Origin: Prasinococcaceae sp. CCMP 1430
Taxonomy: Eukaryota; Plantae; Prasinodermophyta
DNA length: 64,000 nt
Assembly (NCBI GenBank): GCA_013416795.1
Contig: RQSC01001302.1
Coordinates: 62,001 to 126,000, forward strand
Direction: 5' to 3'
Under the pieces are notes generated by a model. The model did no database searches, was not told the origin of the DNA, and worked only from the letters and a program-made list of their open reading frames with translations. Made by a program: the position numbers and the translations under genes. This document shows, in pieces, positions 10,945 through 22,150 of this stretch (the stretch's first letter is position 1; every line of letters starts with the position of its first letter).

Positions 10945-12354
10945 ATGGCGGCGGCGCGCGGCGGAGGGCGCAAGCTCTTCTCGCGCGAGGAACGGCTCTC
11001 CAACCTGCAGGACCTGCGCGCACAGCTCAAGGTCCCCGATGGCAAGCCGCTCGTCGTCGCGGGCATTGGCGCGGGCGCATGGGGTGCCGTGTTCGTCGCC
11101 CTGCTGCAGGAGGCGTACGGCGAGTTCGAGGCGGACGGACTCGTGCAGGTGCGCATCTGGCGCCGCCCGGGCAAACAACTGAGCAAGTCATTCGCCGAGC
11201 GGCTATTCGCCACCATCAACGCCGACGAGGAGCTGCTGAGCCGCCTCACGGCGGGATGCTCGTATCTCAAGTACGTCGACGCTCGCTGTGGCAAGCGCAC
11301 GCTGCTGGCCGATGAGGTGCTGCGCGATGGCTTCAGCGACTCGCTGCCCGGCACGCCGCTCGTGCCGCTCAACGTGGTGACCTCCCTGGAGGAGTGCGCA
11401 TGGGACGCGCACCTGGTGGTGAATGGCCTGCCCTCGACCGACACGAAGGACGTCTTCCGGCGGCTCGGCCTGCTGTGGCGCGAGCGTGCGCATGATGCGC
11501 CGGTCGTCATCTCGCTCTCAAAGGGCGTCGAGTTCCGCACGAAGCCGCACGCGCACATTGTCACGCCCGGCACGCTCATCTCGCTGAAGGCCAAGGTGCC
11601 TGTCGATCGCGTGTTCTACTTCGGTGGGCCCAACATCGCAGCGGAGATCTTCACAGGCGAGTACGCCAACGCGCGCCTCTGTGGCAGGGGCGAGCTGCGT
11701 GGCCCCGTCGCGCGCTTCGTGCGCACGCCGCAGCTCGCTGTGTGGGAGAACGACAAGATAATTATGCATGAGGTGATGGGTGGCCTCAAGAACATATACG
11801 CTGTAGGCTCAGGCATAGTTGAGGCACTGTGCGGCTCCGCTACGTCCTCCTCGGTGTACTTTGCGCACGCTCTCTCGGAGATGAACTTCATCACGCGAAT
11901 ATGCACGGAGCAGCCCGAGGCCATCACTGGCCCGCTGCTCGCCGACACGTACGTCACGATGCTGAAGGGCCGAAATGCGTGGTACGGACGCGAGTTGGCG
12001 TCGGGGCGCGTCACGCGCGACGAAGGGGACCACGTGGCGGGCAAGGGCTTCATCCAGGGTCCCTCGACGGTCGATGCGTTTTACCAGCTGCTCTCGAGCG
12101 ACGAGCTCGCTGTGCCGCATCCCATCACCGGGGAGGAGAGCAACCCAATCTCGCAGCTGCCTGTTCTTGATGCCCTGCACGCCATCCTCTTTGGAAGGGG
12201 CGGGGAGTGTGTGGGTTGCGACGCCCTGCTGGCGGCGCTGCGCGACCGCGACGCGTTCGACCCGCTGCTGCGCGTTGCGGGCGACGCCGAGCGGTCGCTG
12301 TACAAGCCCACAGTTCTGCGCACGGTACCCGAGGTGGATGAAGAATCGCCCTAG
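10945..12354 (+). CDS. GPDHc: NAD-dependent glycerol-3-phosphate dehydrogenase, plant cytosolic (GPDHc) type, intronless, 469 aa
   Basis: GIGAGAWG Rossmann motif, VISLSKG, YFGGPNIAAEI, HEVMGGLKNIYA and GPLLADTYVTMLKGRNAWYG. TGTAA at 12369. Confidence 0.93.
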   Translation: MAAARGGGRKLFSREERLSNLQDLRAQLKVPDGKPLVVAGIGAGAWGAVFVALLQEAYGEFEADGLVQVRIWRRPGKQLSKSFAERLFATINADEELLSRLTAGCSYLKYVDARCGKRTLLADEVLRDGFSDSLPGTPLVPLNVVTSLEECAWDAHLVVNGLPSTDTKDVFRRLGLLWRERAHDAPVVISLSKGVEFRTKPHAHIVTPGTLISLKAKVPVDRVFYFGGPNIAAEIFTGEYANARLCGRGELRGPVARFVRTPQLAVWENDKIIMHEVMGGLKNIYAVGSGIVEALCGSATSSSVYFAHALSEMNFITRICTEQPEAITGPLLADTYVTMLKGRNAWYGRELASGRVTRDEGDHVAGKGFIQGPSTVDAFYQLLSSDELAVPHPITGEESNPISQLPVLDALHAILFGRGGECVGCDALLAALRDRDAFDPLLRVAGDAERSLYKPTVLRTVPEVDEESP

Positions 12355-12487
12355 AGTCTCACGCGAGGTGTAATTGACGGCGCCACCTTCAATGAGCGCG
12401 CGGATTCTTTGGCCCGTGGGTGATAGAAGGAAGATTTGAGTATGAGGGGGCGGCGGGAGCGAGGCGCCATTTCGGCGCGCGTGCGCC

Positions 12488-13713
12488 TCACTGGAGTGCA
12501 TCACGCAGCAGGCCCTTCTGCTTGTCGGACAAATGAGTGGGGAACTTGATGTCGAACGTGACCCTGAGGTTGCCGCGCTTCCCCGGTTCCTTCGAGATAG
12601 GCATGCCCTCTCCGGCGACAGTCCTGGCCGCGCCCGGCGCGATGGGGTCGGTGAGCGTCACGTTCTTGAACTCCCCCGCAAGCGTCGGCACGCGCACGGT
12701 GCCCCCGGTGAGCGCCGTCACCAGTGGCACAGGGACCTTGCACACCAAATCGTTGCCCTCGCGCTTCAGGTACTGGTGGGGCTTCTCGTCAATCTCGAAC
12801 ACGATGTCGGCAGGGATGGTGCCAGGCTTCTCGTCGCCGTAGTTCTCGAAGGTGATCTTCGTGCCCTTCTTCCAGCCAGGCTTGACGACGATTGTGATTT
12901 CTTTGTTTTCGGGGCCGTTCTTTCCCCGGCGGGTGATGCGCAGCTTCTTGGTGAGGCCGGTCGAGAGCTCCTCCAGCGTGAACTTGAGCTTTTGTGTGAT
13001 CGGCGGCTGCTTTTGTGGAGCGCGCTGGCGCGGCATGCCGCCCATGCCGCCCATGCCCGGCATGCCGCCGCCCATGCCACCGAAAGGCCCCCCGCCTCCC
13101 ATGCCCCCACCCATGCCGCCGCCGAAGAACTGACTGAAGATGTCGTCAGCACCCATGCCGCCAGCGCCGCCGCCAAACATCTCGCGGAAGATGTCGTCGG
13201 CCTGACGCGAGCTGAACCCGCCGCCGCCAGGGCCGCCACCACCGCCCATGCCCTGCTTGAGCCCCTCCTCACCGTAGGCGTCGTACACTTGTTTTTTCTC
13301 GGGGTCGCTCAGCACGTCGTAGGCCATGGAGATCTCCTTGAACTTCTTCTCGGCGGCTTCACGATTGTCTGGGTTCTACACGGGGAATGCGAAAGCAGGG
13401 CGTCGTTGCGCCCATTGACACGGGTCAGCAGCAGCGGCCAGCTGCGCCACGCCATGCCAGCGAGGGCGTCGCTACCGTCGCGCGCGCGCACGAGCGGATC
13501 GACTGGCGCTGCCAGAGCTTGCGCAACTCCGACACGCTGGCGCGCATCCATTCGCAGCGGGCGCCGCAATGCGAGACAGGTGCAGCCGAGCGCAGCAGGG
13601 AGGCGCACCTTGTCTGGGTGCCACTTCATCGCGAGCTTGCGGTAGGCCTTCTTGAGCTCCGAGTCGGACGCATCGCGCGAGACGCCCAGCAGCGCGTAGT
13701 AGTCCTTCCCCAT
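12488..13713 (-). CDS. Class II Hsp40/DnaJ (DNAJB type), 330 aa
   Basis: Exons 13609..13713 and 12488..13375. J domain MGKDYY..KWHPDK|NPDN, followed by a G/F- and G/M-rich region and a C-terminal substrate-binding domain. Confidence 0.96.
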
Positions 13714-14112
13714 GCCTGCAGCGCGGCGGCGCTTCTTGCTGTGCTTCGTGGTCGCTGCCCTCGTCCGCGCTGGCGGCAGCGCCGGGGCGCCGCGCGCCTT
13801 GCGCCCGCCCCGCTGCTGCCCCTGCCCCTGGCCCTGGCCCCGGGCCAGCGCGGGCGACGACCGCGGGAGCCACGACGAGTATCGCGGCCGGCGCGACGGT
13901 CGGCGCCGGCGCGACGGGCGCGATGACGACCGCCTCGAGGCGATCGACATGTTCGACGACGACGGCCGCCATCGCCGCCCGGGAAAAAGGGGGGGCTGAA
14001 TTTCGGCCCAGAAAAGAGGTCGAAATTCTGTCTGTCGCACGACCGCGCGACCGCCTTCCAGTGACTACTCCAGACGCAAAAAAAAAAACAGAATGGGGCT
14101 TTCAACTTCAAG

Positions 14113-14127
14113 CTTCTAGAACGTTCC
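14113..14127. promoter_or_regulatory. Perfect three-unit heat-shock element nTTCnnGAAnnTTCn
   Basis: cTTCtaGAAcgTTCc lies about 400 bp upstream of the DnaJ ATG, in the divergent DnaJ/LarB promoter. Confidence 0.75.
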
Positions 14128-14535
14128 CGCCGTCCCCCGACCGCCGAATGGGGGATCGATACCTGTAGATCGAGGAAAGAGAGGGTTGGTCCGCATGAGA
14201 GACCGGGTCTTCCTCGGAGACAAACCGGGAAGAGTGCAGGCGGACCCGGGTGCGGGCTGGCCCCGCCGGACGACGACAGCGCTCGTCCGCTGAGCTGGCG
14301 TGCACGCAGGTGTCGGGGGCGAAGAGGGGGGGGGGGAGGCGCGTCTCGCCACACGACGCGCGTGGCTCGCGCACTCGATCGCTCGATCGCACGCGCTGAA
14401 GCGATGGCGACGGCGGGCGCTGCGGCGCTGCGGCGCGGCGAAATCGGATGGGAGGGGGTGTCAGAGGTGGCCGCGCGGGGGAGAGAGATCGCGCGCACGC
14501 GCTCGACGCGCACAGCACACGCACCACCATTTGCN

Positions 14536-15752
14536 GCGCGGCGGGCGCGGCCGGCGGCGGCGGCGCGCATGGCGAGGGCAGCGAATCCGAAGCGGTGCGC
14601 GCGCTTCTCGAGCGCGTTGCGAGCGGTACGCTCGCACCCGCTGATGCCGCGGAAACGCTCGGCGGCCTGGAGAACGCGCGCGTCTCGCGGGCGGACGACC
14701 GTGCTGCAGCTGCGGCGCCAAACGGTGTGCAAGTCCTGGAGGACTTCGCGCGGCTCGACACCGCGCGCGAGGCGCGCACGGGCTTTCCAGAGGTAGTGTG
14801 GGGGCCAGGCAAGACGGCCCGTCAGATCGCACAGATTAGCCTGGCGCTCGCGGAGCGCTCTGGCCTCGCCGTCACGACTCGCGTCGATGCAGGGATGCAC
14901 GCCAGTGTGCTCGAGGAGCTGGGCGAGGGCGATGCGGCGCTCGCGGGGGGGGTGGACATCGAGTACGACGCCGCTGCGCGCATGCTGCTCGTGCGATGCG
15001 GGCCCGCCGACAGCGGTGGCAAGGATACGCCCGACCGCGCAGCAATTCTCGGCCGCGCTGTCGTGCTGTCGGCGGGGACGGCTGACACACCCGTCGCCGC
15101 CGAGTGCGCGCGGATGCTGGAGCTCTGCGGGGCGGAGACCCGCTACATCTCAGACTGTGGCGTTGCAGGACTCCACCGAGTCCTCGGCGAGCTCGAGACG
15201 ATCCGCGCGGCGGATGTGCTTGTGTGCGTGGCGGGTATGGACTGTGCGTTGCCGAGCGTGGTGGCGGGGCTCGTCGAGGCACCAGTGGTCGCGGTGCCCA
15301 CGTCAGTGGGGTACGGTGCCGCGTTCGGCGGCGCTGCTGCGCTACTCTCAGCGCTCAACGCGTGCGCGCCGGGCGTGTCTGTCGTCAACATCGACAACGG
15401 TATGTGTGCACTGCTTCTTCACAAGCACCCATCATCCCCTCCACGACCTACGCCGTGCGCACACATACACGCGACGCGCATCACCCCCCACTGCAGCACT
15501 GGCCGCACACCCCGCGGCATTCGACCATCGATCTGCACTTGGCTTTTGGCATGCCAGCCTACTGTATCTGCTGCTCCATGGCCAGCCATTGCTCCGCGAC
15601 TCCCACGAAGAGTCCCGGCGCGGCCTAGACACTCAGGCGAGTACATACTGACGGCTGCAGCGCGCGCCTCGCGTGCAGGGTATGGCGGGGCGATGGTAGC
15701 TGCGAAGATGCTACGACGAGCCACAGACATCGCGAGGCGGTCCGCCCTATAG
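14536..15752 (+). CDS. larB: LarB/CpmA-like (AIR carboxylase/PurE-related) protein; 5' end lost at N14535
   Basis: FARLDTAREARTGFPEVVWGPGKT, SAGTAD, DCGVAGLHR, AGMDCALPSVVAG, PVVAVPTSVGYG and LNACAPGVSVVNIDNG|YGGA. Intron 15400..15678. Confidence 0.9.
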
Positions 15753-15789
15753 CTGGGTCGCATGACAGTCGATTTCAAGTAATTCACAG

Positions 15790-16559
15790 CTAGGCGGTGC
15801 ACACGCGCCACTCCCCACCGTCTTCTACGCTCTTGATGAGCGTGATGGAGACCAAGCCAGTACCGTGCGCACTCCCCCCGAGGGGACCACGCCCCGACAC
15901 CGCCTCGTCGGCAGACCCCTGCAGTCATGCGCACGCGCACCCGGGCGACGCAGGGGCGCACAAGGGGAGGGGGGGGGGGGGGGGGGGGGGCTGCGCGCAT
16001 CAGCTAGGGTCCTATCCGCTAGAGCGCGCATGCACTTGTGGGAGCGTCGAAGCGCCCGCCCTCGACGTGCTGTACGTCCAAGCAACTAGGGGAGGCTTGC
16101 CGCATGCGCACGCACCATCGCCGCGCCCGTGGTGTAGCCCGGTACGTTACCGTACGTCGCCTCGTACCTGAGGTCGCACGTCTCGAAGACCCGGCCGCCC
16201 TCGCCCAAGTGGCTCTTGAACTGCTTGCCCCCGTGAGGGCTGAAAAACCACTGGCAATCGTACTTCCGGACCTTGGCGACGCCCGCGTCCCAGCCGCACT
16301 CCTTGGCGGCGAAGGCCCCCACGCCCGGCGTGTCCTTGAGCGGCTGCGCGAGCGTCGCAAGGAACGTGTCGGCGTCGCGCTCACGCAGGCTGGCGTAGAA
16401 CAGGTCGGCAACCTCCTTTGGCTCGAGGCCTGGGGCGAGCGCCCGCCTCCCGGGACGCATCCCCGTTGTCGTAGCCCGCGCAGCTCGGGCGCGGCGCGGC
16501 TGCGCGCCCACCGCGGCCGCCCGCGCCGCTCAAGTGCGACGCGCGCCTCACCACCGCGC
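15790..16559 (-). CDS. Unknown protein, possibly NTF2/SnoaL-like fold; 5' end in the N gap
   Basis: Exons 16116..>16559 and 15790..15918 join in phase 0 (intron GTGCGT..CTGCAG). PKEVADLFYASLRERDADTF..GLVSITLIKSVEDGGEWRV. Fold assignment is inference. Confidence 0.55.
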
Positions 16560-16720
16560 NNNNNNNNNNNNNNNNNNNNNNNNNNNNNNNNNNNNNNNNN
16601 NNNNNNNNNNNNNNNNNNNNNNNNNNNNNNNNNNNNNNNNNNNNNNNNNNNNNNNNNNNNNNNNNNNNNNNNNNNNNNNNNNNNNNNNNNNNNNNNNNNN
16701 NNNNNNNNNNNNNNNNNNNN
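16560..16720. other. Assembly gap (161 N)
   Basis: Run of N between two divergent genes. Confidence 1.
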
Positions 16721-16816
16721 CGCGGCGCCAGAGGGCGGGCGCGCGCGGGCGGGGCCCGGGGCGACGCGCGCGGGTTGAGGGGAGGTCGCGCGGCCTTGCG
16801 CGTGCGTGCGTGGAGG

Positions 16817-18164
16817 ATGGCGGCCGCCTGCCAGCGGCCGGTGGCGGCGCGCGCAGCTGGCGGCGGCGGCAGCGCAGACGCCGACGCCGTCGCTGAGCCG
16901 GCGGGTCACAGGAGCATCCCGAGGCTCGAAATCGACCTGGACCAAGCGCCCGAGGACAGGTACAGACCCCTCTTTGCGCCAGGGCTCGCGTTCAATGCCA
17001 CCCTGTGGCGATTCTACGAGACTTGCTTCGCGCACGACCCGCCGCTGCGCGATGCGCTCTATGCGCTGAGCCGCGTGCGCGGCGACGAGCCAGAAGAGAT
17101 GATGGCGGAGATAGCCGGCGTGGCGGCCTTGTCGGGGCTCGACGTTGAATTCGTCAAAGCAACGCAGATGTTGTACGAGCTGCAAACGCTCATGGTGCCG
17201 TGGGAGAACTTCACTTATCCTGATGCACACCTAGGCAGTCTGGTGCCCGGCGGCGAGGCTGTCGCGACAGCGCCGCTGGCGCGGATCCCGTGGCGCGGGC
17301 CGGGATGCACGGGAATCGTCGCCAAGTGCGCCGATGGGACGGTGTGGCACGCGCGCAATCTGGACTTCAGCCCAAGAGACATCGTCGCAGGCCTCATTTA
17401 CGAAGGCGTCTTCACGCGTGGCGGCAAGGAGCTCTTCAGGAGCCAGGTCGTCGCGGGTTACCTGCAGGTCATCACCGCGTCGGTCATGGGCGACGACGGC
17501 TACGTGCTGGAGCGCAACACCCGCTACCCTGACCACGCGGGCGGCAACGGTGAGATGCTCCGCAACTTGCTTGGCGGACGCCCGCTCAATGGCTGGGTGC
17601 TCCGCAAGATCCTCGAGTCTGAGAAGACCTTCGACGGCGCCATCCAAGCCATCACCGACGCCCAGTACGTGTCCACGGAGTACGCAATCGTGAGCGGGGT
17701 CGGCAAGGGACACGTGCTCGCGAGGGTAAGGAAGCGCGCACACGTGGCGCTGGTTAGTCGGGCGTCGCAGCGCCGCCCTCTCCCTTGTGCTGATCTTGGC
17801 GCGCTGCTCTGGTGCGCCCATGTAGGATCCCGACCACGTGGCGCACGTGCAGACCCTCGGCGAGACGCTCGGCGAGGAGCGCGGCGACTACATCATCATG
17901 ACAAACTTTGACTGGTTCTACGGGGACGTGCGGGAGTACTTCGATCCAACGGCCGGTGGAGGCTTCGGCAAGCTCTCGCGCCGCCAGAGGGCGCAGCAGC
18001 TTCTCAACGCAGTGCCGCAGGGCCAGCTGACAGCCGATGTGCTCTTCGAAATCATCAACGCAGAGCTGGTTGTTGCGAAGGACACCATCTTTCAGTTGCT
18101 CGCAGACGTCGAGAAGGGAGTGTGGAATGCCAGCCAACCAGCGGCTGCCACTGCACGGCTCTAG
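16817..18164 (+). CDS. Acid ceramidase / NAAA-like Ntn hydrolase, 415 aa
   Basis: Exons 16817..17725 and 17826..18164. IDLDQAPEDRY N-terminal motif; nucleophile context GCTGIVAKCADGTVWHARNLDF; IIMTNFDW. Confidence 0.88.
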
Positions 18165-18378
18165 AGCGGAGCTCGCTGCGGCCATTCCCACAGCGCGCTT
18201 GCAACGATCGCTTAGTGACTAGTTCTAGCTAGATGTCCCCCAGTAATCCCGTGATGCAATGAAGGGGGGCGCATGCAGTGCACAAGACGAGTCGCGAGCG
18301 TCGTGCTACTCGTGATGTTTCCTCTATGTGACGGCACTGATTGCAACAGGGGTGACGCCAACCTCTACCAAGTCTATT

Positions 18379-20638
18379 CTACGTACGGTCCTCCGGGAGC
18401 GCGTGTGCTCGCTTTCTGTCCTCGAACCTGTACAACTTGTCACTAGCTCGCCAGGTGCCGGTGTCGTGCGTCGACACTAGCGTAGCGGGCGCCCGCATGG
18501 GAGCAATGGGCGAGAGCATAGATGTCGGTGCCGACGCAGCCGGCAGTAGTGGGAGCATGTTGACACCGGCCGCGATGATTCCCACGCTTGTGTCGCCACC
18601 AGGTGCAGGTTGGGCATTTTCCGAAGGCGGCGATGTGCGGGCGGTAGGGCCTGATCGCTCGAGCGACACTTGAGGCGTGCCCGGTGCCGTTAAAGGCAGA
18701 CGTCCTGTCGTACTGGCTGCACTGCTGAGCGAAGTTCTCTGCCCATGCTGTCTCTGCTCAGACTCAAGGTTTCGCTGCGAAGGCGTCGTCGCTCTATTGT
18801 GTGCACCAATGTCAGTGCCGACAACGTCGCCTCCGCCTGAAGCAGCTGCTACGCCAGCTGCTGCAGCGGCTGTGTGCAGCGTGAAGCCCCCGTCGGGCAT
18901 CCGCAGACTACGCTCTACGTCCTCGCCGATTGAGCCGAGCACGGACAACGCGTCTGCTTGCACAGATGCCAGGCCCCCCATCATTCCCGTGGCCACCTGA
19001 CCTGTTGGCGCCAGGACAGACGTGCGGAGAGAGGCGGGCGCAGGCACGGTGGGGCTGACCCCCTCCGACGGTATCGCTGATCGGATGGTGCGAACGTCCC
19101 CACCGCCAGCTGCATTCGTAGCAATCGTGTTGACGTGCGACTGCACCCCGGTCCCTCCCCCCACTACCGCCTCGCCGACAGCATTATTCTTCGCCTCTGA
19201 TACGCCGATCGTAAGTGCAACGTTTGCCTGCTGCATCCCCCGAAGTGCGCTCACCGTGCCACCACCAGCATCGCCCCCCTGCTGGTGTTTCGTCTGCTGT
19301 GGCCGCTTCTTTTGGATCGAGCTAGATCGCAGCGCCGCGCAGGCAGAGAGCTTCACACGCCTCGCCGGGCGCCCCGAGGCAGCGTTTGCCTTCTTCTCAC
19401 TGCCAATAGGAACCACCCGACCCCCCAGGAAGCCACGGCCGCGGCCCGAGCTCAAGAACAGCGCATATAAGCAGCTCATGCGCGCCTCGGCATCGAGCCC
19501 GTCCTTCTCCTCGGCGTCCTGTGACGCGCAGCGCAGGTAGGAACGAGAAGACGCGCACGTCGCGGGCGTCATCGTGCGCAACGCGTATCCAACGCGCAAG
19601 CACACATGTCAGCCGCAAGAAGGCAGACACGCAAAGAAGCTATCAACTGAGCGCATGCTCGTGCAACAACACGCAACGCGCGCGCACCCACACTCCGACG
19701 AGCGCGCGCGCGCTCGCCATGCCATGCTACGCATGCATGCGTGGACGTGTATGGCTGGGGTGCCCACACAAGGCGCGCGCGCGCGTACCGCGGCAGCCCG
19801 ACCCTCATCTCGATTCCGCATGATGTACTCATACGTGGTGAGGCCCACGCGCATGAGCACCACGTGAAAACTGAGCAGGTCGCCCACCAGATACAGCGCC
19901 GACATGTCGACAAGTGCCATGATCGCAGCAAGCGCAATCAGCTCGGCGCTCCCGAGGCCATCATGGGATACGCTCTCTGCGTGGTTGGCATGGGCCACGG
20001 CACGCCAAAGCGCTACGCAGCTCGCGACAATGTGGAATAGTGTGAGCAGCACGAGCATGCGCAGTAGCCACAGGAACTCCGCGTAGTTGGCCGCACCCAC
20101 GCAGTTGTTCAGCCACTTGCAGTGATGGTCGAAGCCATGTACGCAGCGGTCACACTCGCGGCAGTGCTTCGAGGTGCGTCCGACGTGGAGCTGGCATAGC
20201 GCACAGTAGAACTTGCCGCTGAGGGAGGCAGGGTCGGCACCCGCAGTCTGGTGGCCCCCGTCCGGACGCGCGCGTAGGTTGGTCGCCACGAGGGCGCGGG
20301 CATGCGCGTGTGATGGTGTGAGAGTGCGGTTTGGACGCCAAAGCGCGCGCTTGCCTGCGGCGCGTGCGCGTGCGCACCTTGGCGAGGACGTTGGGGTCGC
20401 TCGGATCGATCATCATCGTCCTGGCGCCGAGGAAACAGACCAGGAGCGAGAGCGCTCCGAACGAGGTCAGGACAGCCGTCCTCGTCGACTCGCATACGGT
20501 GCCGTCCTCCTCATGCGTGAGTGACGCGAGAAGTGGCGGGTACGCAGCGAAGAAAGTTGCGATAATCGACGCGAGGATGGCGACCGCCGCCATCTGATGC
20601 GCGTTCAAGGGCCGCGCGCAGCCGTGCGTTCGCCCCAT
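18379..20638 (-). CDS. DHHC protein S-acyltransferase with long disordered tail, 619 aa
   Basis: Exons 20378..20638, 19789..20247 and 18379..19518. CALCQ..SKHCRECDRCVHGFDHHCKWLNNCVG, four TM segments and the TTYEYI motif. Confidence 0.93.
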
Positions 20639-20926
20639 GCTTCTTCCACACGCTCACCTTTCCCACACTCAACCGGCGTGTCTACGAGCGTGGCACGGCA
20701 GCCCCTCTCGCGGGTGCCCCCGTATCCTGCCCGTGGGTCCGCACCGGCGCATCCAAGCGCACGCGAGCACCAAAGGGGGAGGGGAGGGGCTGGGGGCTGG
20801 GGGCCTCAAGACGCCCTGACGGGCGCGGCTTGCCGCAGGAGGCCTCGCCGGGGAGGCGCGTTCGAGAGGGGGGGCGGAGGGAGGGAGGGAGGGAGAGGGT
20901 GTTGGGACGCGCGGGGAGAGGCAGGC

Positions 20927-21072
20927 ATGTCAGCTGCGGAGGAGGAGCGGGAGCGGGCGGGTGCTCCGCCCGCGCAGCAGGCGCAGCAGCAGCAGCAGCA
21001 GCAGCAGGCGCAGCAGCAGCAGCAGCAGCAGCAGGCGCAGCAGCAGCAGCAGCAGCAGCAGGCGCAGCAGCA

Positions 21073-21128
<56 letters not shown>

Positions 21129-21571
21129 CGCAGGCGCCGCGGCCCGCTGGCGCCGAGCAGGGCGTGCCTGATACATGTGTCGCGCCGCAGGCGGCGGCGG
21201 CCGTGCCGGCCGCCGCGGAGGAGATAGAGGCCGACACCCCCTACCCCTCCACATACTCGGGAGAACCCTACGGTTACCCCTACGGTTACAACGACACGGA
21301 CGATGGCACCTGGTACGGCCCCTGGTCCCCCCCGTGGGGGTACTACAGCCCGGGGGGCGATGGGAGCTGGTCCCCTCCTTGGGGGTACTACAACTCCCCC
21401 CCGTGGGACGATGGCAGCTGGAGCCGGTCCCCTCCTTGGGGGTACTACAACTCCCCCCCGTGGGACGATGGCAGCTGGAGCCGGTCCCCCCCGTCGGGCG
21501 TCGACGCCTGCTGGCCTGTGTGGATCGGCGGTGCGTGCCCGCGCGCGCGACGTCCCCGGCTGGCCGCGCAC
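20927..21571 (+). CDS. PolyQ plus Trp/Tyr/Pro-repeat low-complexity protein; 3' structure uncertain
   Basis: ATG 20927 follows a purine-rich leader. The ORF runs to 21571; a possible donor GTGCGT lies near 21530. Confidence 0.65.
20975..21133 (+). repeat. Pure CAG tract with higher-order unit GCG(CAG)8 x4, then AAG(CAG)13
   Basis: Read directly from the sequence and the translated ORF. Confidence 0.97.
21326..21493 (+). repeat. 57-nt repeat (SPPWGYYNSPPWDDGSWSR), 2 full copies plus partials
   Basis: Units start at 21371, 21428 and 21485, with a variant at 21326. Confidence 0.92.
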
Positions 21572-22150
21572 GGCCTAGCACGCGGCGGGGCCATGGGCGC
21601 AAAGGCTACGCGGCTGGCGAGTGCCTGCTGACGCCTTCTCCACCCCCCACCCCTACCCCCACCCTCTTCCCCGGCCCCCACGCGCACGCGCGCGACACGC
21701 GCGCGCGCGCTCACCACCCGCCAACGCCTCCGTTTCGATCCACGCCCTTCGACTCCCTGGGTCTCCCGCCCACCAGATGGGCACTGCGATCCGTACGTGG
21801 CACGCCATCGCGCGCGGCGAGCGCACACTCACCCCGCGACCCCCGTCTCCAATGTGCCACGCGCCGCACGCACGAGCGCGCGCCGCCGCGCGTGGCCGTC
21901 TCGTGCGCCCAGCTGCGAAAGGGGTGCGCGCGCGCGCGCACGAGCGCATGGGCGCGCTTGCTGACGCGCGCGCTGCCCGCGCATCGCTCGCAGCGATTGC
22001 AACACCTACGAGGTACGTGGCTGCCGAGCGGCGCGCGACACCGACCTGTACGACAAGTCCGACCCAGGCCCCGCAGCAGTCGCAGCCGCAGCTGGGGGGC
22101 TGGGGGGCCAAGCCGCGCGGGAAACGAGGCCGGCCCGCGCTCGGGCGACG

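Noticed and set aside
15400-15678. Stop-free introns of 3n length (LarB 279 nt, sulfatase 141 nt, cap MTase 111 nt) as regulated retention
   Set aside because: About one third of introns are 3n by chance and stops are rare at this GC; retention would interrupt conserved motifs.
15966-15990. Long G runs and (GC)n tracts as G-quadruplex or Z-DNA elements
   Set aside because: Ubiquitous in this genome, and homopolymer lengths are unreliable; needs genome-wide statistics.
16817-16930. Ceramidase lacking a signal peptide
   Set aside because: The 5' end lies next to the 161-N gap, so the true start may be missing.
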